NCBI GenBank assembly: GCA_965203275.1
Contig: OZ241865.1
Location: forward strand, 416,001-480,000
Length of the DNA stretch: 64,000 nucleotides
Direction: 5' to 3'
Origin: Bdellovibrionales bacterium
GTDB lineage: Bacteria > Bdellovibrionota > Bdellovibrionia > Bdellovibrionales > JAUICD01
Made by a program: the position numbers and the translations under genes
Shown here: in pieces, positions 9,630-17,868 of the stretch
Numbering within the stretch: position 1 is the first letter of the stretch
How the letters are laid out: each line of letters starts with the position of its first letter
Notes under the pieces: model-generated
What the model saw: only the letters and a program-made list of their open reading frames with translations
Databases searched by the model: none
Told to the model about the DNA's origin: nothing

Positions 9630-11140
9630 TGATGAAACAAAGAATATATTTATTTTTAGGTTTATTGACTTTGTCGTCTGATTTTTTTTATACAGATGTG
9701 GCTTTGGCCCAACGTAATAAAGAACCTAAAAAGGATCGCAAGTACATTAATCTTGTTGTAGGACTTGACGAAAATGTCAAAATGCCTTACATGCCTCGCA
9801 AATATACTTTTAAAGGAAACTTTAAAAGATTCACCTCAGTGAAATATCTCAAAGAATTTAAAACTTTACGTTTTTCACCAAAAAGACAAGGGTCTGCTAC
9901 TTTAACTATTCAAGATAGGAGAGGACGTATTGTCTCAGAATTTTTCCTCACAGTTCGAAAGAGCAATCTCAATCGAGTAGCTAAGGAAATCCAATCACTC
10001 CTTAGTGAAATTGATGGAGTGACAGTTAAGATCATTGATAACAAAGTGATTGTGGATGGGCAGGTCCTATTGCCTAAAGAGCTAAGTCGTATCCACACTG
10101 TAGTAGAACAATATGGTAATGATAGGGCAGCTAATTTTGTCACTTTAAGTCCTGTCTCACAAAGGAAAATCGCAGAGTTTATAGAAAGAGACATCAATAA
10201 TCCACAAATCCATGTCAGAAATGTTAATGGTAAATTTCTTCTGGAAGGGATGGGCAATGCTTCTGAGAGTAATAGAGCGTATCAGATTGCACAGGTTTAT
10301 TTTCCAGATGTAGAAGTTATTCGAGGGGATGGTAAGGTGATCCGCCGGATTGGTTCAAAAAAGTATGTGATCAATTTAATCAAGCCTCCTCCACCAGCAC
10401 CTAAGCAAGAAAAACCACCAGATAAGTTAATTCAAATTATGGTACACTTTGTAGAATTAAATAAAGACTATCAAAAATCTTTTCGATTTCAGTGGCAACC
10501 AGATATTAAAGATGGTTCAAAACTTAATTATAGCACCGGTGGTGATGCTTTGGGTTTGGGAGGAATTGTAGGAACTATTACAGGGACTATTTCTAACTTG
10601 CTTCCTAAATTAAATTGGGCTAAATCACATGGACATGCCCGTGTTTTAAAAAGTACCAGTGTGATTGTCAAAGACGGAAAGAAAGGAGAAATTAATCAGC
10701 TATCAAAAATTCCTTATCAAGAACTAGGTGAAGGGGGTACCACAGGAACAGCTTTTGTAGATGTAGGTATTACATCTACAATTACACCCAGTGTTAAAGG
10801 AGCGAACGATAATATTGAGCTAGAGGTCGGCTTTGATGTGTCAGCTGTATCAGGTCAGCTTAGTAATGGCCAACCTATTATCGCTAAAAATAAGATTCAA
10901 ACAACTGTGGTTGTTAGGAGCCGTCAAAGTGCAGCCATTGGAGGTATTGTGTCTCAAACTAGTAACACAGGTTATAATAAGATACCAAATACTTCTGAAA
11001 ATCCGCTTATTTCATTATTAGCTTCAAAGGATTTTTTAAGAAAGCAAAGCCAGTTTGTTGTCTTTGTCACTCCTGTGATTAAAAGTTCTGCAAGCTCAGG
11101 CACAGAGCGTATCAAGCGTAAATTCCGCCTCAGTCAGTAG
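9629..11140 (+). CDS. cpaC: Tad secretin (CpaC/RcpA-like) with BON-like N-terminal domain
   Basis: Signal peptide; secretin motifs VHFVEL, GHARVL, DVGITSTITP, SAAIGG, FVVFVTP. Confidence 0.82.
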   Translation: MMKQRIYLFLGLLTLSSDFFYTDVALAQRNKEPKKDRKYINLVVGLDENVKMPYMPRKYTFKGNFKRFTSVKYLKEFKTLRFSPKRQGSATLTIQDRRGRIVSEFFLTVRKSNLNRVAKEIQSLLSEIDGVTVKIIDNKVIVDGQVLLPKELSRIHTVVEQYGNDRAANFVTLSPVSQRKIAEFIERDINNPQIHVRNVNGKFLLEGMGNASESNRAYQIAQVYFPDVEVIRGDGKVIRRIGSKKYVINLIKPPPPAPKQEKPPDKLIQIMVHFVELNKDYQKSFRFQWQPDIKDGSKLNYSTGGDALGLGGIVGTITGTISNLLPKLNWAKSHGHARVLKSTSVIVKDGKKGEINQLSKIPYQELGEGGTTGTAFVDVGITSTITPSVKGANDNIELEVGFDVSAVSGQLSNGQPIIAKNKIQTTVVVRSRQSAAIGGIVSQTSNTGYNKIPNTSENPLISLLASKDFLRKQSQFVVFVTPVIKSSASSGTERIKRKFRLSQ

Positions 11141-11363
11141 TCACTATTCCTGCTACCATCAACAATTGTGACATTCTATTTATTTTAATTTATTGAGATG
11201 GGCTTTTGATTTTCATTAACTGTTATCAACAAAAATCGCCTGCAATCCTAAAGTAGAGGTCTTTAGGGAGTTGAACAGCTTAAAGTCCTAAAGTTTTATA
11301 CCCTTATATGCTATCTTTATTTAAGAAAACAGTTATTTATAACCGAATAAATATAAGGAGGCT

Positions 11364-12011
11364 ATGATGAGATCTGTGACAACAAATGCTCTCCTCACTT
11401 CTTGTAGAGATTACTTTTCTGAAGTGATTGATGAGGGTATGCAACACACAAAATTTTATCCTTCAAAAATGGCTCGTTTCTATCTTTTAGAAATCATGGA
11501 GCAGTTTTTATCTTCAGATAATTTATTTGAAATGGAAAAGCAAACAGGAGAGGATGGTCAACCTTCAACAGGTACTCTTGCAGAAATGCTCTTGACTGCT
11601 ACCAATGAAAAGCACGGTGTACGCGTTAATCTTCTTAAAAAGCTTGCAGATACAAGTCTTTATATCAGTGGCTTTTTAGGTGATTCACTTAAATACAAAA
11701 TCATTGATATTGACTATTATGCTGATATTGGTTGTGTTGCTTATCAAAGGTTATCAAAAGTGATTAAGGATGAGTCCTTTCAAGAACTTTATATGGAGTT
11801 TGCTACAGATTTTATGAGCTTTATGGATTTGCTGACATTTTTTAGTCATAAATCCAATATTCAAACCAATACCGATCTATTAAGACTTTACGATAGATAT
11901 GTCAAAACAGGCTCTCGTGTGGCTAAAGAATTTTTAGAAACTCAAGGGGTGATCTCTGCTGGAGATGAAAACTCCTTAGATAGAGAAAAACTCAAAAAGT
12001 TTAATCAATAG
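11364..12011 (+). CDS. conserved hypothetical protein
   Basis: AGGAGG RBS; 215 aa with motif LKKLADTSLYISGFLGDSL...DIDYY. Confidence 0.75.
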   Translation: MMRSVTTNALLTSCRDYFSEVIDEGMQHTKFYPSKMARFYLLEIMEQFLSSDNLFEMEKQTGEDGQPSTGTLAEMLLTATNEKHGVRVNLLKKLADTSLYISGFLGDSLKYKIIDIDYYADIGCVAYQRLSKVIKDESFQELYMEFATDFMSFMDLLTFFSHKSNIQTNTDLLRLYDRYVKTGSRVAKEFLETQGVISAGDENSLDREKLKKFNQ

Positions 12012-12054
12012 TTGAGCATTTGACCATTGATTTGTGTTTGAGGTAGTTGAAAAA

Positions 12055-14742
12055 CTAACGGCCATGGCATTTTTTGTATTTTTTACCACTACCACAATAA
12101 CAAGGGTCATTCCTCCCTGGCTTTGCACCCTGTCTTACAAAAGGGGTCTTAGATTGTATACGGGCCTTCATACCATTACTGCGATCAGTCGCTTGAGGAG
12201 GTAAATGTCTTCCAGAAAACTGTGTGAGATCTTCACCACTTTGCATTTCCATATCTGAAGGTGCTTGCCCATACCCCATATCATCTTCTAACTCGTTGGT
12301 TCTATTAGCTACAATTTGAATCTTAAAGAGTTTTTCTAAAGTTTCTGTTTTGATAGCTTGATCCATAGTTTCAAATGCTGCATAAGCTTCTTTTTTATAT
12401 TCAATCAAAGGATCTTTTTGAGCATATCCCCTTAAAGACACACTCTCTCGAATATGATCTACCACTTGCAGATGGTCTTTCCATTTGATGTCTATGGTTT
12501 GTAATAAAATCATCTTTTTAATTTGATCATAGTGGACTGCAAGATGTGCTTTTTGAGCTTCAAAACGATCCCCTACAAGAGATTTGATTTTATCTGTGAG
12601 TGACTGGCTTGTCCAATCTATCTCTTCATGATGAAGGTCAACAGCAAATTGTTGATGTAAAGCCACTCTGAGTTTTTCTAACTCCCACGTTTTTGGATCA
12701 CTGGTTTCAGGAGCATATTGATCTAATAATATTGAGGTCATCTCCCCTAAATATTCTTTGACAATAGTGTCAATATTATCTCCATCTAATACTTGCCGTC
12801 TAAGGGCATAAATTGTTTTACGTTGTTTATTCATAACATCATCATAATCAATGAGATGTTTTCGAATATCAAAGTTATGACCTTCGACCTTTTTCTGAGC
12901 CCCTTCAATAGCTCTTGACACCATAGACGAAACAATGGCTTCATCATCCGGTACATTGAGGCGATTCATAATTTTTTGAATTCGCTCTCCTCCAAATATC
13001 CTCATCAAATTATCTTCAAGAGATAAATAAAACAAAGAACTCCCAGGATCTCCTTGTCGACCAGACCGACCTCTTAATTGGTTGTCAATACGACGTGATT
13101 CATGCCTTTCTGTTCCTATAATATGTAACCCTCCTGCCTCAATGACTTTCTTTTTTTCTTCTTCACACTGCACAATATACTTTTGATAAACCTCTTGTCG
13201 TTTGCTTTCATTAGGTTCTAAAGTTTTTGTAAGGATATCTGGATTGCCTCCTAATACAATGTCTGTTCCTCGACCTGCCATATTTGTAGCAATCGTCACA
13301 GCCCCTTTGCGACCTGCTTGAGCAATGATTTCAGCTTCTTTTTCATGATGTTTGGCGTTGAGTATATTGTGTTTTACATTCAGTTGAGATAAAAAATTGC
13401 TAATTTTTTCTGATTTTTCAATACTCACTGTTCCTACTAAAATCGGTTGGCCTTTTTTGTTCTTTTCTTCAATGTCTTTAGCTATGGCTTTAAACTTAGC
13501 GTTTTCTGTTTTGTAAATGACATCATCATAGTCTATGCGAGCAATGGGTTCATTGGTAGGAACAACAGTGACTCCTAAATTGTAAATTTTTTGAAATTCA
13601 ACTGCTTCTGTGTCAGCTGTTCCTGTCATACCTGCCAGCTTGTCATACATCCTAAAATAATTTTGATACGTGATAGAAGCAAGTGTTTGGTTTTCGTTTT
13701 TGACTTGAACATGCTCTTTCGCTTCAATGGCTTGGTGAAGACCATCACTCCATCTACGACCTGGTTGCAATCGGCCTGTAAATTCATCTACAATAACAAT
13801 CTCACCATCTTTGATCATGTAATCGACATCTTTGTTGTAAAGGTGATGAGCTTTTAAAGCTTGGTAAATATGATGTAAGAGTTCAATATGTTTGGGATCA
13901 TATAAATTATCAATGTTGAGAAGTTTTTCAACTGTGTTATTGCCTTCTTCAGTCAACATAGCACTTTTAGATTTTTCCTCAATAGTAAAATGTATTTCTT
14001 TTTGAAGGCTTGGAATAATGCGATTGATCTTTGTATATTTATCTGTGGATTCTTCTGCTGGACCAGAAATAATTAATGGGGTCCTAGCCTCATCAATTAA
14101 AATGGAGTCGCATTCATCTACAATAGAAAAATAATGATCTCTCTGCACATAATCTTGAAGGTGATATTTCATGTGATCTCTAAGGTAATCAAAACCTAGC
14201 TCGTTATTGGTGGCATATAAAATATCTGAATTATAAGCTAGTTTACGTTCTTTATCTGATTGACTGTGTGTTACCACACCTACTGAAAGTTCTAAGAATT
14301 TATAAATTTGCCCCATCCAATCAGCATCTCTTGTAGCTAAATAATCATTGACTGTCACAAGGTGTACACCTTTACCTAAAAGTGCATTTAAGTAGATAGG
14401 GAGAGTGGCTACGAGAGTTTTACCTTCGCCTGTTTTCATTTCTGCAATTCGGCCCTTGTGCAGAATGTAACCACCAATGAGCTGTACATCATAATGACGC
14501 ATTTTAAGTGTACGGCAAGAGGCCTCTCGGCAAACAGCAAAGGCTTCTGGTAAAATATCATCCAGACTAGCTCCATTAGAAAGCTGTTCTTTAAATATAG
14601 ATGTTTTAGCTTTGAGTTGTTCATCAGATAGAGATTTGATAGATTTTTCTAGCTCATTGATTTGATCGACTAGTGGACGAATTCTTTTCATCTCACGATC
14701 ATGTGAACTACCAAAGATTTTAACTGCAATTGCTTTAAGCAT
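12055..14742 (-). CDS. secA: preprotein translocase subunit SecA
   Basis: AEMKTGEGKT, DECDSILIDEARTPLIISG, TNMAGRGTD, C-terminal SEC-C motif GRNDPCYCGSGKKYKKCHG; start set at MLKAIAVK. Confidence 0.98.
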   Translation of the reverse strand: MLKAIAVKIFGSSHDREMKRIRPLVDQINELEKSIKSLSDEQLKAKTSIFKEQLSNGASLDDILPEAFAVCREASCRTLKMRHYDVQLIGGYILHKGRIAEMKTGEGKTLVATLPIYLNALLGKGVHLVTVNDYLATRDADWMGQIYKFLELSVGVVTHSQSDKERKLAYNSDILYATNNELGFDYLRDHMKYHLQDYVQRDHYFSIVDECDSILIDEARTPLIISGPAEESTDKYTKINRIIPSLQKEIHFTIEEKSKSAMLTEEGNNTVEKLLNIDNLYDPKHIELLHHIYQALKAHHLYNKDVDYMIKDGEIVIVDEFTGRLQPGRRWSDGLHQAIEAKEHVQVKNENQTLASITYQNYFRMYDKLAGMTGTADTEAVEFQKIYNLGVTVVPTNEPIARIDYDDVIYKTENAKFKAIAKDIEEKNKKGQPILVGTVSIEKSEKISNFLSQLNVKHNILNAKHHEKEAEIIAQAGRKGAVTIATNMAGRGTDIVLGGNPDILTKTLEPNESKRQEVYQKYIVQCEEEKKKVIEAGGLHIIGTERHESRRIDNQLRGRSGRQGDPGSSLFYLSLEDNLMRIFGGERIQKIMNRLNVPDDEAIVSSMVSRAIEGAQKKVEGHNFDIRKHLIDYDDVMNKQRKTIYALRRQVLDGDNIDTIVKEYLGEMTSILLDQYAPETSDPKTWELEKLRVALHQQFAVDLHHEEIDWTSQSLTDKIKSLVGDRFEAQKAHLAVHYDQIKKMILLQTIDIKWKDHLQVVDHIRESVSLRGYAQKDPLIEYKKEAYAAFETMDQAIKTETLEKLFKIQIVANRTNELEDDMGYGQAPSDMEMQSGEDLTQFSGRHLPPQATDRSNGMKARIQSKTPFVRQGAKPGRNDPCYCGSGKKYKKCHGR

Positions 14743-14833
14743 GGAACAACACCTAATACCTTTAAAAATATTATAACTTTTAAGAATTTTTACAGTCAAA
14801 TAATCATCTTAAGTATTTACATTTTATTATAGA

Positions 14834-14893
14834 GCCTGGTCTTGCCTGGCTTTACCTGGTTTTGCCTGGTCTTGATTGGTCTTGCCTGGTCTT
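14834..14893. repeat. 6 x 10-bp tandem repeat (GCCTGGTCTT consensus)
   Basis: gcctggtctt gcctggcttt acctggtttt gcctggtctt gattggtctt gcctggtctt. Confidence 0.85.
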
Positions 14894-15022
14894 CATAACC
14901 ATCAAAAATAAGTTTGACTTTTATAAAAATGCAGAGTATCCTATTTAAAGAAATCACATTATATTTGATATATTTAGATTTTGATAAGAATTACTTATAG
15001 TTTACAGATGTGGAGGTATTTT

Positions 15023-15598
15023 ATGGAAATACTCATTACAACAGGCTTTTTTACTGTGACAGCTTGGTATTTAACGCGAGCTGTTGCACATATAGATAAG
15101 AGATTTGAGGCTATGGATAAAAGATTTGAGGCTATGGATAAAAGATTTGATGACTTTAAGGAGGGGTCCAATAAGAGATTTAATGACTTTAAGGAGAGTA
15201 TCAATAAAAGGCTTGATGACTTTAAGGAGAATATCAATGAGAAATTTGATGGTGTTAATAAGAAATTTGATGATGTCAATAAGAAAATTGATGATGCTAA
15301 GGAGGAGTCCAATAGAAAATTTGATAATATAGATAAGAAAATTGATGATGCTAAGGAGGAGTCCAATAGAAAATTTGATAATATAGATAAGAAAATCGAT
15401 GATGCTAAGGAGGAGTCCAATAGAAAATTTGATGATTTTAAGTACTTCTTTAAGGAGTTAATTGCTCCTATCAATGAAAAGTTAAATAACCATATCACTG
15501 ATACTGACAAAAAAATTGATCATCTTCAAAATAATGTCAAAGAGATCAACCACAAAATAGATGAGATCAAGGTGCTTCTCACTCAGAATCAAAAATAA
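15023..15598 (+). CDS. membrane-anchored coiled-coil repeat protein (Bdr/DUF1640-like)
   Basis: GGAGG RBS; N-terminal TM; DKRFEAM repeats and 3 x 54-bp KKIDDAKEESNRKFD(NID) repeats. Confidence 0.8.
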   Translation: MEILITTGFFTVTAWYLTRAVAHIDKRFEAMDKRFEAMDKRFDDFKEGSNKRFNDFKESINKRLDDFKENINEKFDGVNKKFDDVNKKIDDAKEESNRKFDNIDKKIDDAKEESNRKFDNIDKKIDDAKEESNRKFDDFKYFFKELIAPINEKLNNHITDTDKKIDHLQNNVKEINHKIDEIKVLLTQNQK

Positions 15599-15636
15599 CT
15601 TAGAGTTATTTATTCCATTTCCCTAATAGGATGTTC

Positions 15637-16217
15637 ATCCGGGATCTGGGATCCGGCAACCCGGCATCTAAATGAACTTTTTCCTTAACATCGTGTTAAA
15701 AAATGAGGAGATCCTCCTCTACTCAAAATAAATGGATTTTCTAGGCAGTTAGCCTTTGATCAACGGCGATAAGCCGTTGGGCTAACTGCCAGAAAACATG
15801 CCAGAGGCATGATTTATTTTGAGTGAAACAACTGCCTTGTTTCCTTAACATGTGGTCAAAAAACGAAGAGATCCTCCCTACTCAAAATAAATGGATTTTC
15901 TAGGCAGTTAGCCTTTGATCAACGGCGATAAGCCGTTGGGCTAACTGCCAGAAAACATGCCAGAGGCATGATGCATTTTGAGTGAAACAACTAACTCTCT
16001 ACTAAAAGTGGTCAAGCTTTCTAGGTTGCCAGCATTTGAGAAGGCGATAGCCTTCGGCTGGCAACCAGAAAGTAGCCAGAGGCTAGACCACTTTTAGTGA
16101 ACCAGTGAACCAAGGAACTTTTTCCTTAACATGTAGTCAAGAAACGAAGGGATCCTCCCTACTAAAAGTAAACGGACTTTTGAGATAGCCAGCCTTTGAT
16201 CGACGGCGAGAGCCGTC
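15637..16217. repeat. structured element cluster 2 (two near-identical full copies at 15681-15829 and 15841-15989 plus variants)
   Basis: TTCCTTAACA...ACTCAAAATAAAT...CAACGGC GATAA GCCGTTG...TTTTGAGTGAAAC; last copy continues at 17618-17674 beyond the IS. Confidence 0.9.
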
Positions 16218-17617
16218 GAGCTTGTCCCTGATATCGGTGAAAATAGACGGCTCATAAATTAGTTTTTAATTGTTTTTTCTTTTTGTCAATAATAATTTTT
16301 TTTAAACTTTGTTCTAATTGTTCTAAATCTTTAAATCCTTTAATGCTTTTGAAATGTTTTTCTGCTTCCAATAGACTCACAGCAGACCATCTTAAAACTT
16401 GATCTGAAGAAGAACTCCAATTCTTTACCCTCCGAACTTTTTCCCTCACAACTGAAAAAACAGACTCAATAGGATTTGTCGATGATAATGACCTCCTTAA
16501 AAGTAATGAAACTCCAAGCTTGATCGTTGTCAGTGTCTCCATCTCTGCCTCTTTTAAAGATGTGAATGCTGAATGATTGACCCGCTTTAACCAGCTTAAT
16601 AAAGACTCATGCTCTAACTTCGATGACAACTCATCTGGCATACCATGTAACTTCTTCCAACGACTCTTAAACTCTATGTGACGACTTGGAGGTAAGCAAC
16701 TCAGAATATTTCTCTCTTTATGCTGAATACAACGCTGAACTACTGAACGATCTGAAAATACTCTATCTATTCCCTTCCTTAATGCTTTGCTACCATCAAT
16801 CACAAAAAGATAACCCTTCTCTTTATCAAGACCACGACCTATAAGTCCCTCCAGAAGATCACGGCAAACTTCCCAACTCTCTGTATTGCCTTCTTTAAGA
16901 CCTAATATAACCTTCTTACCTTGATCTGTGATTCCTAAGGCCACTATAACCAGCGTAGAACCAATACCCACTCCATCTATCATTATCGCTGGAAACCTGT
17001 ACTTACTTAAATCACGATTGTTAATCGACTCAAGGGCTTGTTTAGATGACTTATTAAAAACTCTACTCACACTACTCCTAGAAAGTTTAAGCCCTCCTGA
17101 AATATCATCTAAAAGATGATTGTAATTCCGTGATGAAACTCCACTCATGGCATGTTTTAAAACACGATCACTGAGTATGTCATAGTGTTGAAGGGCTGAA
17201 TAGATCTTAAGCCTCACTTCACGACCTGACTGCTTAACACGAGGCTTCCTAACCTGCAACTTTTGACCACCTGCAAGTATGCTACCTTTATCACTACCAG
17301 CTCTATGATATGGTGTATCTCTATGACGACCATAACGCTCACCGCAAAGCTCTAATAGCTCTGCTTCAAAAAAACCATAGACCGAACAAAGAATAGATGA
17401 CTTGATCTCATCCTCTACAATCTGACGAATTTCTGACAAAGTATTGGCTGAAACTTGAAATGAATGACTATTTTTGGTACACTTCATAATGGCTCCTTTC
17501 TTTTTATTTTTAAAAGTTAATTGTTAATAAAATTTGGTTGGCTGAAATATGCCAACCAGGAGCCTTCTATCTTAACATCTTCTCTAAGAAAAATTCACCG
17601 AATTATAGGACATGCTC
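16218..17617 (-). mobile_element. IS256-family insertion sequence (1400 bp)
   Basis: Imperfect TIRs GAGCTTGTCCCTGATATCGGTGAAAAT / rc GAGCATGTCCTATAATTCGGTGAATTT; 8-bp target duplication GAGCCGTC at 16210-16217 and 17618-17625. Confidence 0.92.
16252..17487 (-). CDS. IS256-family (Mutator-type) DDE transposase
   Basis: MIDGV, VALGI...G.K.ILGL, FVIDGSKAL, QRCIQHKERN, STNPIES. Confidence 0.93.
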   Translation of the reverse strand: MKCTKNSHSFQVSANTLSEIRQIVEDEIKSSILCSVYGFFEAELLELCGERYGRHRDTPYHRAGSDKGSILAGGQKLQVRKPRVKQSGREVRLKIYSALQHYDILSDRVLKHAMSGVSSRNYNHLLDDISGGLKLSRSSVSRVFNKSSKQALESINNRDLSKYRFPAIMIDGVGIGSTLVIVALGITDQGKKVILGLKEGNTESWEVCRDLLEGLIGRGLDKEKGYLFVIDGSKALRKGIDRVFSDRSVVQRCIQHKERNILSCLPPSRHIEFKSRWKKLHGMPDELSSKLEHESLLSWLKRVNHSAFTSLKEAEMETLTTIKLGVSLLLRRSLSSTNPIESVFSVVREKVRRVKNWSSSSDQVLRWSAVSLLEAEKHFKSIKGFKDLEQLEQSLKKIIIDKKKKQLKTNL

Positions 17618-17868
17618 GAGCCGTCGGGCTGGCTATCCAAAAGCAGCCAGAGGCTGGTTTACTTTTAGTGAAACAGACAAATGTAGATATTAATATAGAC
17701 TATGGTTCAATTTGAGACAGTTTTTGAAAAAAATTAATTATTTTTGCATTTCTACCGATATAATTTGAGAAAGGTATAGAAGCAAAAAAACGAGTATAAA
17801 ATATATTCAAAGATAACAGAGCAGAACAAAACAAAAATTAGCTCAGTTAGAATATAATAAAAGGTATT

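Noticed and set aside
14995..15510. 171-aa minus-strand ORF and the similar shadow ORFs 49406-49757
   Set aside because: Antisense to repeat-rich genes that have RBSs and recognisable families
15681..15829. Hammerhead ribozyme (three-way junction, terminal GAAAC)
   Set aside because: The CUGANGA core is absent from the junction
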